Virus record (IMG/VR): IMGVR_UViG_3300044981_000022
Span: 1-64,000 of that record
Source of the DNA: a virus
Lineage: Duplodnaviria > Heunggongvirae > Uroviricota > Caudoviricetes
Length of the DNA stretch: 64,000 nt
Reading direction: 5' to 3' (one strand)
The notes beneath the pieces were generated by a model. That model saw nothing but the letters and a program-made list of their open reading frames with translations. It searched no databases and had not been told where the DNA came from. Made by a program: the position numbers and the translations under genes. This document shows, one piece after another, positions 28,807-39,601 of this stretch (within the stretch, counting starts at the first letter, position 1; every line of letters begins with the position of its first letter).

Positions 28807-31053
28807 TTACTTGCGATAAAAGTCGCCTTCCCAACCTTCTGCTTTTAACGGAAGCCCTGGTAGCCAAGATATGTCCTGGGTCATCAATTTCTCCATCTCT
28901 AAGGCTCCGGGTGCAAACGGATCGTCATCTGTCAACGCAACAATTTCGTCGTGAACGTGCATACAAACTTCCATACCCGCATTTTCCACTGCTAACAACC
29001 CCGCACTAAGAATTTCACGCGCCAAACCCTGCACAATATTTTCGTAAATCTTCCCGCCATGACTAACTATCGAACTCCAGGAATTTGTAATTTGGTCTAA
29101 GCCAAAGTAGGTAAATCCTTGCTTGTAGACATCCTCTTCAGTTATCTCACCAGTTATTTCGTTTTCATGTTTTCTCTTCCAAGGCATCTTGACTTCTTGC
29201 ATTGATGCATCAAAGTAATGAAGATGCCGCCCCGAAGGAAGTTTAATTCTCAGAATATCTCTGGAGAATTCTGGGTTTTCTTGATTTTCAATAGTCAGCT
29301 TATCGATTACGATACAACCGCCTGGACCGATCTTCCGGATAGTGTTCTTTCCATTCAAAACATCTGCGACTGCATTTTCTAATCTGTACCAAATGCCGCC
29401 GATAAACCCGGCGTTGGGATTAGGTACCCCACAAATCTCTGGATATGACTCTCGGAAGATACGCACAATCTCCGCAGACTGCTCTTGGGATATATTGATG
29501 CCCATCGCTTCGGCGTATCCCCATAATCCGGTTTTAATTTCATCTCCGTTCTTGTCGTGCCCCCAACCACCTGGACCTAAACGATAAATGGCTCCGAGAA
29601 CTCCAGGTTTAGCGAATTGGCGTTGTAGTTTTGCAAACGCTTTGGCGGTCTTATCGGAATTATGTTTCAAATCATAGTAAAGCTTCTCATAAGGTATGCC
29701 TGTAAGCTTTACTGCGAAAGAAATATACGGGTCTTCTCCTCGAATGAACACATCTAGAAGAGGTTGGCACTCCGCAACCCAGGCACCGGTTACGGTCTCG
29801 ATCCCGGAAAGGTCCGCCACATTAAGGCGTTTATGCTTCGGAGAATTAAAAACTGTACGAATTAAATTCTTGGCAATTATCAGCGGAGTATAGAACTCAC
29901 CGTCTTTGTTCTTGAATGCTATCTTCAGGTTGTCATAATCAGACGCATAGATCAGATCGCGTGCTTTGATGACATTACTCAAATCTTCAAATGTTCCGTC
30001 AGGCCGCGCCATATTGTGGGGCTGAACGGACGCACCTGACCATCTTCCACACCGAGATGAGCCGCAATAAATAAACATATTCCTAATACGGTCGTCAGAA
30101 CACAAGTTCTCAGTCATCGTCTGTAGCTTCTTATATGACGTAGAGCCTGCCTCCATACGAGCCTTTAGGACTTCTCGGCATTCCGGAGTCAACTCATTTC
30201 CGGTATCCTTCAACAAAATTTCTATCTTGGATTTACGCAGACTGCTCAATGGGTACCCTCGTTGCTGTACCCAAGGTAATAACTGCGTGGCCGAATTAGC
30301 GTTTTCTAATCCGGTTATCTTATTCTGGCTTTCAAGCTTTTCCTGTTTGTTTCTGTCCGCAATTTGATACAAATTTCGGACAAACTTCCTGTCAGTGGGC
30401 ATTCCTCGATCATTAATTTTTTGATCTAGAAGCCAAACTTCCCGTTCTCTCCCCGGCAAAGGAAACGCTCCCAGAAGATGCTCACGGCGAGCTACTTCCA
30501 ACTCAGCACGGACATCCTGATCGCAGTAACTCCCAAACTGCTTCCATTCTTCTGGATGCGAATTCCAGTCGTTGAAATACAACCCACCGCCTTCTTTCTT
30601 CTTTCTGGTGTGCGGAATTGAGAACAACTGAATTAGTTGGTCGCCGCGCTTGTCTTTGCGTAACTCATGCGGCAACCCCAAAACCATACCAACGTCTTCC
30701 AAGCTCGCAGGTAAAGACAAATATCTTGCACTTGCTTGTGGGTCTTGGAAACGTGATGCGGGGATTTGAATGCCTAGAACATACTGGAAGACGTACCTTT
30801 CAAAGGTACTATTAAATGCCAAAATTTCTATGGTTGGGTCTTGTAGAGCGAAGTGTAAATCGTTGGGCATTCCCAATCGACTAACACCCTTCGGTTCCCA
30901 TCTCTTCACTATGGGCTTATCGAATAACGTCTCAACAAGCGCATACGAGAGCATAAGAACCCGAGTAGATGGATGATTGGCGTAATTATACAGCCCGACA
31001 TCTCTAATCTCGGCTTCGCTCGAAGTCTCAAAATCCAACACCAAATAATTCAT
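28807..31053 (-). CDS. family A DNA polymerase (T7-like, with 3'-5' exonuclease domain)
   Basis: 748 aa; exo I 'LVLDFETS', Pol motif C 'HVHDEIV'. Confidence 0.85.
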   Translation of the reverse strand: MNYLVLDFETSSEAEIRDVGLYNYANHPSTRVLMLSYALVETLFDKPIVKRWEPKGVSRLGMPNDLHFALQDPTIEILAFNSTFERYVFQYVLGIQIPASRFQDPQASARYLSLPASLEDVGMVLGLPHELRKDKRGDQLIQLFSIPHTRKKKEGGGLYFNDWNSHPEEWKQFGSYCDQDVRAELEVARREHLLGAFPLPGREREVWLLDQKINDRGMPTDRKFVRNLYQIADRNKQEKLESQNKITGLENANSATQLLPWVQQRGYPLSSLRKSKIEILLKDTGNELTPECREVLKARMEAGSTSYKKLQTMTENLCSDDRIRNMFIYCGSSRCGRWSGASVQPHNMARPDGTFEDLSNVIKARDLIYASDYDNLKIAFKNKDGEFYTPLIIAKNLIRTVFNSPKHKRLNVADLSGIETVTGAWVAECQPLLDVFIRGEDPYISFAVKLTGIPYEKLYYDLKHNSDKTAKAFAKLQRQFAKPGVLGAIYRLGPGGWGHDKNGDEIKTGLWGYAEAMGINISQEQSAEIVRIFRESYPEICGVPNPNAGFIGGIWYRLENAVADVLNGKNTIRKIGPGGCIVIDKLTIENQENPEFSRDILRIKLPSGRHLHYFDASMQEVKMPWKRKHENEITGEITEEDVYKQGFTYFGLDQITNSWSSIVSHGGKIYENIVQGLAREILSAGLLAVENAGMEVCMHVHDEIVALTDDDPFAPGALEMEKLMTQDISWLPGLPLKAEGWEGDFYRK

Positions 31054-31239
31054 TTATACCTTCGGTAAGATTGGCTCTTCGCGGACTACTACGCTCTGAG
31101 TATCGTATACATACTCGTTTGCAGAATCTGACGGATACAATTCTACAGGCGTAAGAATCACTTCATTTGTCTTCGGATTGACTTTCGAAACTACAACTTT
31201 ATCTGGTCCTAAATTAACTACGTGTACTTTTGTTGTCAT
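31054..31239 (-). CDS. small hypothetical protein
   Basis: 61 aa. Confidence 0.3.
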   Translation of the reverse strand: MTTKVHVVNLGPDKVVVSKVNPKTNEVILTPVELYPSDSANEYVYDTQSVVVREEPILPKV

Positions 31240-31248
31240 TTTATTCTC

Positions 31249-31689
31249 CTAAAACTTCTTTCCGTTCTCTTTCAATCGTTCTTCATGAGAGTGATCTTTT
31301 CGAGTTTGGTTGTACTTCATCTTCTCAACAAACGCCCCTCCCAGGTCGTACCCGAAACCACCTGCATAATCGAATATACGAATCAATGCATCTGCTAGCT
31401 CGACTTCGGCCATCGGACGGTGCGGAAGTTTATCGTCCTTCAAAGACTTCCGTTCGCCTTCCATAGCTTCGGAAATTTCGCTGACAATCAGCATCAACAA
31501 CTCAGCCCGATTACGATTAATCGGCTGTCCGGTTGCCGGGTCTTTCCACCATTTATCGTTTGCTTGATGGCACCACTTAGACAAAGCGTTTAAGTTGCTT
31601 TCCGCAGTATCTTCTATGTAACTGAATATTTTATTCTCCACAGACTCCACCTTTCGAAATGTCACAAACAGTCGTTCCCGATTCTTCAT
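31249..31689 (-). CDS. MazG-like NTP pyrophosphohydrolase domain protein
   Basis: 146 aa; 'VSEISEAMEGERK', 'EVELADALIRIFDY'. Confidence 0.4.
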   Translation of the reverse strand: MKNRERLFVTFRKVESVENKIFSYIEDTAESNLNALSKWCHQANDKWWKDPATGQPINRNRAELLMLIVSEISEAMEGERKSLKDDKLPHRPMAEVELADALIRIFDYAGGFGYDLGGAFVEKMKYNQTRKDHSHEERLKENGKKF

Positions 31690-33280
31690 AAACGTGGCCT
31701 TCGTTTTGAAGTGCTTCGGCTATCGGCACCGGGCTAAGTGGTTGACCAGCCCTGGCTCCATCGGGATAAATTGTTAGGCCGCGTAGACGAGGTAAATAAC
31801 GAATCAGGGTATCGCCAAACTTCCTTACTGTAGACTCGTTGTTTATTTCTGACCCCCATCGCGGAAGATTAATCGTACTGCTAATCGAATGATCCACGTA
31901 CTGCTGCACCCAAGCTTGAAACTCCAATCTTCGTTCTACATCATTTGCAAGATCATAGGCATCCTCAATAAGCTCTAAAGGAACCCCGGAGTCTAGCAAT
32001 CTCTTCGCAGTTGGATCGACAACATATTGATAGTTCCATACCGATCCTTTGAGATATCGACGTTTGTACGCCGCACAGAAAAGAGGCTCAATTCCAGAGC
32101 TAGTTTCTGTTACAATTGAGATTGTTCCCGTAGGGGCGATTGCCCGAGTCTTAATAGGTTGTGATAACTCCCATTTCTTTGCATAAGGTCTAACCAATAA
32201 TCCAGACTTTGCATAAATTTCCAAATATTTTCCTAGCTCTTCGTCTGGTCCGTACTTCCTACCATGACGAAGCAGCCATTCGTGGAGTCCCATGAGACCG
32301 AGTCCAAGACGACGATTCTTGTTACGTATTTTATCAACTCCGGCAAACGGGATATCTGAGTACACCGTTCCGGCGAGTAGAAAAGCCGTGCCCAACTCAA
32401 CGACTCTCTCCATCTCTGCCAAGTTATCGATACGAGCCATGTTAATGCTTCCCAGGTTGCAAACATCCGAATCGTCGGCACTTGTAACTTCGGTGCAAGC
32501 GTTACGTAGTGTTTCTCGATTATTTTTCCCGGTATCGATTGAAAATCCCGGCTCACCAGTCTCAAGCATGTGACGTACGGTAGACCAGTAAACAGATTGT
32601 GCCAATGTATGTTGTTCGTGTTTGTCATCTTCATACGCCTTAAAAAATTCGTCATCTAACAATACAGAGATATTGGTCATATCCATTGTTGCCGGAAAAT
32701 TAAAGTTCTTTAACTTCTCCTGCTTAACTACTTCAGTCCAGTCCTTCAACCGAATAAACTCTTGAATGTCCGGGTGTGACCAGTTCAAGCCTGCCCAGAT
32801 CGCTGAACGCCGTGAGCCGCCCTGCATAATATAGCGTCCCGATTCGTTGACCATCTGCATCAAAGCAATCGGACCCGTGGCTTCTCCACCAGTCTTTCGG
32901 ATTAGTCTCCCTCTCTCCCGTACATCTGAGTAATCGCACCCGATACCTCCGCCAGTCATCAATGAAAGTGTAGCCTTCTGCATTAAATCGGCCCACCCTT
33001 CGCGTGAATCCTCTGCACGGAACAAAAAGCAGTTGTTCACCTGATGATATAAGCGTCCAGTTGCTGCAAGATATCTCCCACCAGGTATAAATTTGCGCTG
33101 TTGAATCAAGTTCTTGGTTGCTTCTATTTGTGATGCTGGAGCGTGCACCGCTTGAAGCACTTTCTTGCTGACTCGGTACGCTATGTTCTCCCATGATTCC
33201 TTCTCGCCTTCTTTGTTCAGATGTGAATACTTCTGCTTCATAATGGTGTCGGCCCATGCCGACATCTTTACTTCGGTCAT
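31631..33280 (-). CDS. ribonucleotide reductase, large/catalytic subunit (class II-like)
   Basis: 549 aa; 'NACTEVTS...CNLGSINMARI' active-site Cys/Glu and CNLGS motif, 'APTGTISIV'; no beta subunit seen nearby. Confidence 0.8.
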   Translation of the reverse strand: MTEVKMSAWADTIMKQKYSHLNKEGEKESWENIAYRVSKKVLQAVHAPASQIEATKNLIQQRKFIPGGRYLAATGRLYHQVNNCFLFRAEDSREGWADLMQKATLSLMTGGGIGCDYSDVRERGRLIRKTGGEATGPIALMQMVNESGRYIMQGGSRRSAIWAGLNWSHPDIQEFIRLKDWTEVVKQEKLKNFNFPATMDMTNISVLLDDEFFKAYEDDKHEQHTLAQSVYWSTVRHMLETGEPGFSIDTGKNNRETLRNACTEVTSADDSDVCNLGSINMARIDNLAEMERVVELGTAFLLAGTVYSDIPFAGVDKIRNKNRRLGLGLMGLHEWLLRHGRKYGPDEELGKYLEIYAKSGLLVRPYAKKWELSQPIKTRAIAPTGTISIVTETSSGIEPLFCAAYKRRYLKGSVWNYQYVVDPTAKRLLDSGVPLELIEDAYDLANDVERRLEFQAWVQQYVDHSISSTINLPRWGSEINNESTVRKFGDTLIRYLPRLRGLTIYPDGARAGQPLSPVPIAEALQNEGHVYEESGTTVCDISKGGVCGE

Positions 33281-33437
33281 TTCGTCCTCGTCAAAATAAT
33301 ATCTATCCAGTGCGTTTTAATTTCATCTTTGATATCGTCGTCTATCTGATCCCATTCGTTATCTAGACCTTTGCGGTCGGATAAATCTTTGACGATATCC
33401 TCGACCGCTAGCTTTGCTGCAATTGTTCGTGCGTCCA

Positions 33438-34130
33438 TTATCTCGGTTTCCTCAAGTTGTCTATCTGCCGTTGATCAGGTTCGATATCATCGTAGAGCAA
33501 CGGAATAATCTTTTTAAACTCCGCAAGCATCGGAATCGTAATTCGCTTGAAATCTGGGTGTGTTTCTCGACTAGTTCTCATTAAGAAAAGATGTCTGAAG
33601 TTACGAAGGTTTCCGGTCACGGCGATAGTAGCCGCCAAAGCATTTGGTAAAACTGAACGGGCTTCTTGTGGCCGAATTCCTTGTGTAAGTAAAGCATGGT
33701 AATTTGTTTCTGTAACTGAAACAGAATCGCGCCAAGTTATTTGCGAATGTCCTTCCTTAACATTCTCAGGTTTAATGAATTCCAGGTCTTCTTTGTACCT
33801 TACGAACCTGGTGCTTTCAGCCGTAAACGAAAACAAACGATGGCGAATCAATTCCATGCAAATTCCCCGATCTGTTCTAATTGTGGCGGTCAAAGAGACG
33901 TGCTCGATCACACTTAAATCACCGTGATCTATCACAACCGCTTTAATGAATCGTTCCCAAGAGTCCTCTGTTTGCTTATCCTCAGATCGATGGGAGATAC
34001 GACTTTGAGTTTCTATAAATTGAAGCAGACGTATGCCGTCTGAACGATTCATGTGTGAACGAAACGGCATCGATAACTCAAAACTCGGCTCTATAATTCG
34101 CATGTCTTTTCTTTCTGACACGCAGGGCAA
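33438..34130 (-). CDS. thyX: flavin-dependent thymidylate synthase ThyX
   Basis: 230 aa; ThyX motif 'RHRLFSFTAESTRFVRY'. Confidence 0.8.
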   Translation of the reverse strand: MPCVSERKDMRIIEPSFELSMPFRSHMNRSDGIRLLQFIETQSRISHRSEDKQTEDSWERFIKAVVIDHGDLSVIEHVSLTATIRTDRGICMELIRHRLFSFTAESTRFVRYKEDLEFIKPENVKEGHSQITWRDSVSVTETNYHALLTQGIRPQEARSVLPNALAATIAVTGNLRNFRHLFLMRTSRETHPDFKRITIPMLAEFKKIIPLLYDDIEPDQRQIDNLRKPR

Positions 34131-34417
34131 TCAGAACGTTCCCCGCCTAAATGATTGTGTAAAACAGCAGGCTTCGCTTTGTTCCCACCCCACGCATTAG
34201 CATTCTGGTATCCTCTCGCATGTGTTGCCGGGTCCGGAAGTTCTTTATCTTCTGGTTCCCATCCTGTGAACGCGATTCCCCATATTTGGCGAAGATATTG
34301 CCGCTCTTTATGCAAATCACAGAATTCGCACTCGGACGGTGCGTGGAGTATACGTGGGTCGCAGTGTGGAAATTGAACTCGTAATTCTAGTTTGTTTGGT
34401 TTTGATTTCTTAAACAT
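34091..34417 (-). CDS. Cys-rich hypothetical protein
   Basis: 108 aa. Confidence 0.3.
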   Translation of the reverse strand: MFKKSKPNKLELRVQFPHCDPRILHAPSECEFCDLHKERQYLRQIWGIAFTGWEPEDKELPDPATHARGYQNANAWGGNKAKPAVLHNHLGGERSDCPACQKEKTCEL

Positions 34418-36450
34418 TATTCCTCTTCAGTTTCAGGCAATCTCATTAATACTATTTGTGCGGGATCGTTCTTGACTCCGCTCCCAGTTTTTGTTATCCA
34501 GCCGCTGTTAATTAATCCCATTAAAGCGCGACTCCAAACGAAGGTTCCGTACTTCATCGGATGCATAGCACGGTTAAGTTCTCGCTCTGTAGTGACTCCA
34601 TTTTTTCGTCTCAAGAAATAAATGATCTCTTGCTGTAGCTGGCCTTCTTTGGTTGAACTCTCGAACGTGTGAAGATATTTCTTAACAGCCATCCCGTACT
34701 TGACAATTGCAATAGCTCGCTCGATACAACTTTCATCGATCTCAGACTTTCCCATATCGACAGCGAAATACAACGCCATCTTCTCTGCTAATTTAGCTCC
34801 TCTAGTGCCTATCTTCTCGATTTCATTTTCAATAATAGTTTCATCTGTGAAACTGTACAGCCCTTGTTGAACTGCTAGATCGACTAATTTTCTTGTCTCA
34901 AATGCGCCTGCTGAGGTATTGACATAGACATGTGGCTTCAACCCAAGTTGAGTTTCCGGCTGATACAAAAAGAAAAATCTGTCCAGCATACCGGAGTCAT
35001 TGGTCTTAGGAAGCCTAGCCCATTGCTCTGTGAATCCTTTGTCTGTTGTATTAGCAATCAATGACATGCAATATTTTCCGGCTTCTAATACATAAGACTC
35101 TTTTCTACTCTTAACTGAATTAGCGAACTGTCTCGATTCGTACATTGACAATATGTTGCTCATCAAACTGCTTTTCTCAATTGAAGCTTTGTCTACTAAT
35201 GTCGAGAATTCATCGTAGAATAAAACCAAATTTTTACACGCGGTTCTCGCTGCTTCGATTCCTACGCCTTCAATGCTCCCCGCAGTCCAGATTAGCGATT
35301 TGCCTTCCGCATTTCTGGTTGCTCCTGTGGCAATGCCAGCCATTCCCGCTGATGTAAAATAATCAATTGCGTCTTGCGTGGACTGGCTCTTGAATGCGCG
35401 ACCTTTCCAGCCGATATTTATTAGATAGAAACTAGGGATGATTAGTTTGTCCTTAACAGTAACCTTCAATGCGAGATAGTTCATCATAAGAACTATTGCG
35501 GGCATAAAAAGAAATTCTTGATATGAATTATTTTTGGCACAGATTGGACTAATTAATCCCTTTTCTATACTGGTGCCTCGAATACACCACCGAGGAAAAG
35601 TTGGAAATGGTACAGGTTCGATCATAACCGGCTGAATTGTTTCTTCGACCACCGGTTGTTCAAAAACTAGAGAACCCGACTCAACTACTGGATATTTCCC
35701 AACACTATATGATATCGTCCTAACCTCGGACTCGGGTAGTGGTGGTTTACATCTTTTCTGATTTTGAGAAAGAAGATACTGAAATAATTCTTCTTTATCA
35801 AGACCTAAGACCTGTCTTGCTTTTCCTGCCAAAGAAGTCAGCGCATTATTACGACCGCCTTCAACGATTAACTCTTGGCTGTCTAGTTCGACGTGCCCGG
35901 TTTGCTGTATGGGCTGATCGGTTTTAGATTGGGATACACACCACTGAATAAGCCAATCGGGAGCCTCGATAATCGGTACATCACGTAATACTTCGTACTT
36001 TTTTCCCGTATTAGGATGGAGGCTGCCTGGAGCCACACAGTAACGGTTATCAACACGCGCACTCCAGCTTTCCTTACCATTTTCGTTCTTACCTTGCCGA
36101 TTGCCCATTGCGATGGACTTTTCATTCTGACGAAGATACAAATGACCTTTTCCAGGCGAACTACGAATAGTAAAAGTTTCCGGAATCGTCTGACCTGTCT
36201 CTTTTTCGATTTCATCCAAGAGACCAGGTTTATCGACTTCGAATATCCAAATACCTTCTGGCTTTGCATAGGCTACACACGCAGCATTTGCATCTACATA
36301 CTCTTGATCCCATTGCTCGATTTTTGTTGGGTCTGTACTAGCTAGAGATTCCCATCCTTGCAGAAAAGCTATTTTAGATCGGGGACGCAGCGGGATGACC
36401 GGAACATTGCGTGCGATTAGTGGCTCTGCAATCTGTTTGAACAAACCCAT
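34417..36450 (-). CDS. bifunctional primase-polymerase (AEP/prim-pol N-domain) replication protein
   Basis: 677 aa; N-terminus 'VPVIPLRPRSKIAFLQGWESLAS' prim-pol type; large C-terminal domain without a clear Walker A. Confidence 0.6.
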   Translation of the reverse strand: MGLFKQIAEPLIARNVPVIPLRPRSKIAFLQGWESLASTDPTKIEQWDQEYVDANAACVAYAKPEGIWIFEVDKPGLLDEIEKETGQTIPETFTIRSSPGKGHLYLRQNEKSIAMGNRQGKNENGKESWSARVDNRYCVAPGSLHPNTGKKYEVLRDVPIIEAPDWLIQWCVSQSKTDQPIQQTGHVELDSQELIVEGGRNNALTSLAGKARQVLGLDKEELFQYLLSQNQKRCKPPLPESEVRTISYSVGKYPVVESGSLVFEQPVVEETIQPVMIEPVPFPTFPRWCIRGTSIEKGLISPICAKNNSYQEFLFMPAIVLMMNYLALKVTVKDKLIIPSFYLINIGWKGRAFKSQSTQDAIDYFTSAGMAGIATGATRNAEGKSLIWTAGSIEGVGIEAARTACKNLVLFYDEFSTLVDKASIEKSSLMSNILSMYESRQFANSVKSRKESYVLEAGKYCMSLIANTTDKGFTEQWARLPKTNDSGMLDRFFFLYQPETQLGLKPHVYVNTSAGAFETRKLVDLAVQQGLYSFTDETIIENEIEKIGTRGAKLAEKMALYFAVDMGKSEIDESCIERAIAIVKYGMAVKKYLHTFESSTKEGQLQQEIIYFLRRKNGVTTERELNRAMHPMKYGTFVWSRALMGLINSGWITKTGSGVKNDPAQIVLMRLPETEEE

Positions 36451-36518
36451 GCTGTCTCCGAAAATAAATGCGGTCTCTCCCGCAGGTCAAGCCTACTTGT
36501 AGGGGCTTTCCTGTTAAT

Positions 36519-37106
36519 TTAAAACTTTACTGTCGCGCCTTGCGCTGAAGCAGCTTGCTGTTGGGGTTGTGCTACAGGTTGTGTTTGCTGTTGGGTTTGA
36601 AATGCGGGGTTCTTTTTCTTGAATTTCGCTTGTTCCGCAACCGGCTTGTTCTTATCACGAACAAAATCGGAAGGAACCTGAACGGTCACGCCGGGATCGG
36701 CGGGACTGATACCCAAGATATTCGCAAAGTCTTTGTACTGCGCCGTCCCTGGTTCGCCGGTAGTCTCTCGCTGAATAAACAGCTTGCAGACTATACCAAC
36801 CAAGGTCTCTGGGTTCAAGGTCAATGGCGGCGGTGCATTCAAGATTTGCTTTACGGTCTTATACAAATTGCTCTTTTCGTGCAGATTATTATTGAATCGA
36901 GCGGTAACTTTCAACGGTTTGCCATCTTTGCCTAGTTGGTTCAAAATCCAAACGAATCTAGTCATCGGCTGTGTTTTTGTCTGCCCGTTATAAACTGTCG
37001 TGATTTCTCCGAGATCGGCTATATCAGCTAATATTCCATGATATAAACCGGTCAAAGGCTTTTCGAAATCAGCGCCTGCTTTGGTTGTAAATAGAAATTC
37101 ACTCAT
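36519..37106 (-). CDS. hypothetical protein (possible DNA-binding, Gln-rich C-terminal tail)
   Basis: 195 aa. Confidence 0.4.
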   Translation of the reverse strand: MSEFLFTTKAGADFEKPLTGLYHGILADIADLGEITTVYNGQTKTQPMTRFVWILNQLGKDGKPLKVTARFNNNLHEKSNLYKTVKQILNAPPPLTLNPETLVGIVCKLFIQRETTGEPGTAQYKDFANILGISPADPGVTVQVPSDFVRDKNKPVAEQAKFKKKNPAFQTQQQTQPVAQPQQQAASAQGATVKF

Positions 37107-37122
37107 TATATTTTCCTTTTAT

Positions 37123-37665
37123 TTATTCTTGTTCTTCGAGTACCAGAAATAAATCCTCTTCCCGGAGAATCAAGTACGTCTGAAACCCAATTTTGACTTC
37201 TGCCCCGGAAAACTTCCCGAAGACAACCTTCTCACCTGGTTTAATACTTGGCTGTTGAAGACTTCCTTCGATCCACTTGCCTGGGCCGACTGCTATTACT
37301 ACTCCCGTATAAGGCTTTTCCTTCGCCTCGTCCGGGACATAGAAACTACCTTGCTTCTCTTGTTCTTCCACGCGCTGCACGATAATTCTATCTTGCACCG
37401 CACGAAACTTGATTTTAGATTGAACAGCTTCCTGTTCTTGTTGCTGCCGCTGTTCTATCTCTTGAATCTGTTTAGCCGCTTCCTGTTTTGCGGTTTCGTA
37501 TTGTTCTTCAGACAAACCTTCGGCTAGAGCCTTCTTTTTCATTCGCTCTTCAAAACCATTGTCTCCGCCGAACATTTCTTTCCAACGTTCTTCGCTGACG
37601 TTAGGAACAGGAAACTGTGCTTTCTGTGCCCCTCGTGCTAACTGATCTCCACCACCTAAAGTCAT
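37123..37665 (-). CDS. GroES-like co-chaperonin with N-terminal coiled-coil extension
   Basis: 180 aa; C-terminal 'IIVQRVEEQEK..YTGVVIAVGPG...GEKVVFGKFSGAEV...YLILREEDLFLV' aligns with the Cpn10 pattern. Confidence 0.65.
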   Translation of the reverse strand: MTLGGGDQLARGAQKAQFPVPNVSEERWKEMFGGDNGFEERMKKKALAEGLSEEQYETAKQEAAKQIQEIEQRQQQEQEAVQSKIKFRAVQDRIIVQRVEEQEKQGSFYVPDEAKEKPYTGVVIAVGPGKWIEGSLQQPSIKPGEKVVFGKFSGAEVKIGFQTYLILREEDLFLVLEEQE

Positions 37666-37967
37666 GAATGGCTCCCTTCTAGCTGAATACCGTTACTTGT
37701 TAAAATTTTTCCTGGTCCTCGATCAGCGATAAAATTTAAAAAATAAGTGTTAATTCCTGGGCCGCCAGAAAGAATAAACCATTTATGCGGTGTCGTAATT
37801 ATCAAACCCTCTGGTTTCACTGCGGTATCTTCAATGTGTTCACAGAACGAAAAATAATCTTCGTATGTCAATTTGTTTCCGTCTACCGAATACACCAAGA
37901 GTTCGTATCCTTTAGTAACAAATAAATGCCCTTGATAAAACTTAGCATTGGTCATTGCCGCTTCCAT
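37662..37967 (-). CDS. hypothetical protein
   Basis: 101 aa. Confidence 0.3.
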   Translation of the reverse strand: MEAAMTNAKFYQGHLFVTKGYELLVYSVDGNKLTYEDYFSFCEHIEDTAVKPEGLIITTPHKWFILSGGPGINTYFLNFIADRGPGKILTSNGIQLEGSHS

Positions 37968-38278
37968 TAGTTATCCGACTCCTCTAATGTAAAATTTTGT
38001 TCAGAAAGAGGCTGGTTGGTATGAATCTCACCGTCCTCATCACAATACGCTGTTATGATATCTGCGCTCATAGCATATCCGAAATTGGCAACATCATTAT
38101 TTACTACGGTTAAGCGAGGTCCTCCGCTATTAAGAAAAACAACGTCACCATTTTTAAACTTAATAGTTCGTATACTTGTTTGAACAACAGTACTATTCAA
38201 ATTTGTTTTCTTGTTTGTCTTCAATTGTCTAACTCCTCTGGTGTCCAATTCTTGTCTATCATTACTGGAAATGGGCAC
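37967..38278 (-). CDS. hypothetical protein
   Basis: 103 aa. Confidence 0.3.
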   Translation of the reverse strand: MPISSNDRQELDTRGVRQLKTNKKTNLNSTVVQTSIRTIKFKNGDVVFLNSGGPRLTVVNNDVANFGYAMSADIITAYCDEDGEIHTNQPLSEQNFTLEESDN

Positions 38279-38940
38279 GCGTGTATTATCTCATCTGCAT
38301 CTCGTTCTTTCGCTGGCTTCCACCATATTTTATTATTTGGATTCCAACGAAACTTCGCTTGCTTTACTAAATCGTTCTGCGAACGCTCTGCCATGCTACG
38401 CAAAACAACTGTCGGCATCTGTGAACGTTCCAATAAAAGATTCTCATCATACTTCTGAGTTATAGCTAGTACGGTCTGACAATCGGATAACGCGCTATGT
38501 GGAAATAGATTCAAGATACCGTGATCCGCTGCGACATGTCCTAGCTTGCCTGTCGGCGTCTGCCAAGGCATATCATAGAAAAGATCAATCCAAGGCTTCT
38601 CTGGCAAAACAGCTTTATTTCTTCTTACCCATTCATAAAGAATATGATAATCGAATCGTCGGCAGTTATATCCAATTACAGCATCAGCAGCTTCGACCAT
38701 CTGCAAAACAATCGGTAGGACTTCTTCGTTGTCATAACCGAATCTATCCAATGCTGGTTTGGTAATGCCGGTTATCCGAGTAATCTCTGCGGTAATTGGA
38801 AGGTCCGTTTTTATTAACATTCCTTGGTTGTCGAGACATTTGTGTTGGGTTGTGCTGTAAAGGACGCCCCCATATTCTATCGGGCGATCTGAAACAACGT
38901 TCACGCCCGTACTTTCAAAATCCAGTGAAATTAAAATCAC
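38221..38940 (-). CDS. DnaQ-like DEDDh 3'-5' exonuclease
   Basis: 239 aa; 'ISLDFESTG', 'IGYNCRRFDYHIL', 'HSALSDCQ'. Confidence 0.7.
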   Translation of the reverse strand: MILISLDFESTGVNVVSDRPIEYGGVLYSTTQHKCLDNQGMLIKTDLPITAEITRITGITKPALDRFGYDNEEVLPIVLQMVEAADAVIGYNCRRFDYHILYEWVRRNKAVLPEKPWIDLFYDMPWQTPTGKLGHVAADHGILNLFPHSALSDCQTVLAITQKYDENLLLERSQMPTVVLRSMAERSQNDLVKQAKFRWNPNNKIWWKPAKERDADEIIHACPFPVMIDKNWTPEELDN

Positions 38941-39296
38941 ATTACCGTCGCTTTCTTGTCAGAATTTTCTTGCGGTTCTAAAGCTAAATCATCCTTCTTT
39001 GGTTCCTCCGGAATGATTAGAGTTACCTTGCCATGACTGTGGGTTACCATGTGCCACGGTACAAATACCCTGCTGACGAAATTTATCTTAGTCGCACCAA
39101 TCTGATTCTGATCCAAAAAGACTACAATCCCCGGCTCGTTGGCGAGACCTTTGAATCTAGTGTTATAAATCTCGGCTATCTGCTTATCGTTTTCGATATT
39201 CTGATAGTGATCTATAATCTGGACAACATGCGGGAAGTTCTCAGGTCGTCGGGATTCGTCAATATGGAAACTATACTCAATCACGTAGTCGGGCAT
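38937..39296 (-). CDS. hypothetical protein
   Basis: 119 aa. Confidence 0.35.
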   Translation of the reverse strand: MPDYVIEYSFHIDESRRPENFPHVVQIIDHYQNIENDKQIAEIYNTRFKGLANEPGIVVFLDQNQIGATKINFVSRVFVPWHMVTHSHGKVTLIIPEEPKKDDLALEPQENSDKKATVM

Positions 39297-39301
39297 AATT
39301 C

Positions 39302-39601
39302 TTAAATTATTCCTTTTGTAACTATCGGGTAATCGTCGTCAGGCGGAATTGCTATCAGCAGTTCGCCTTTGGCCGGAATGACATGTTTTTTCTTTTTCCT
39401 GCCCTGTTCAAATACATTCACTGGTTCATTGTTAAAGTTCTTGAATGTGATTAATCTCATCGCTCGCCACGGGTTCCCAGGATTAGGGGACGCCTGGACA
39501 CGTGCCTCTACTCTCATTTCCACACACATTTCATTGAATGAATCGGTTACGAGAGTACTTGGAGACTGCGGTCCCGGCCCAAGTATGCTAGAGGGTAACA
39601 C
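39302..39601 (-). CDS. hypothetical protein
   Basis: 99 aa. Confidence 0.3.
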   Translation of the reverse strand: MLPSSILGPGPQSPSTLVTDSFNEMCVEMRVEARVQASPNPGNPWRAMRLITFKNFNNEPVNVFEQGRKKKKHVIPAKGELLIAIPPDDDYPIVTKGII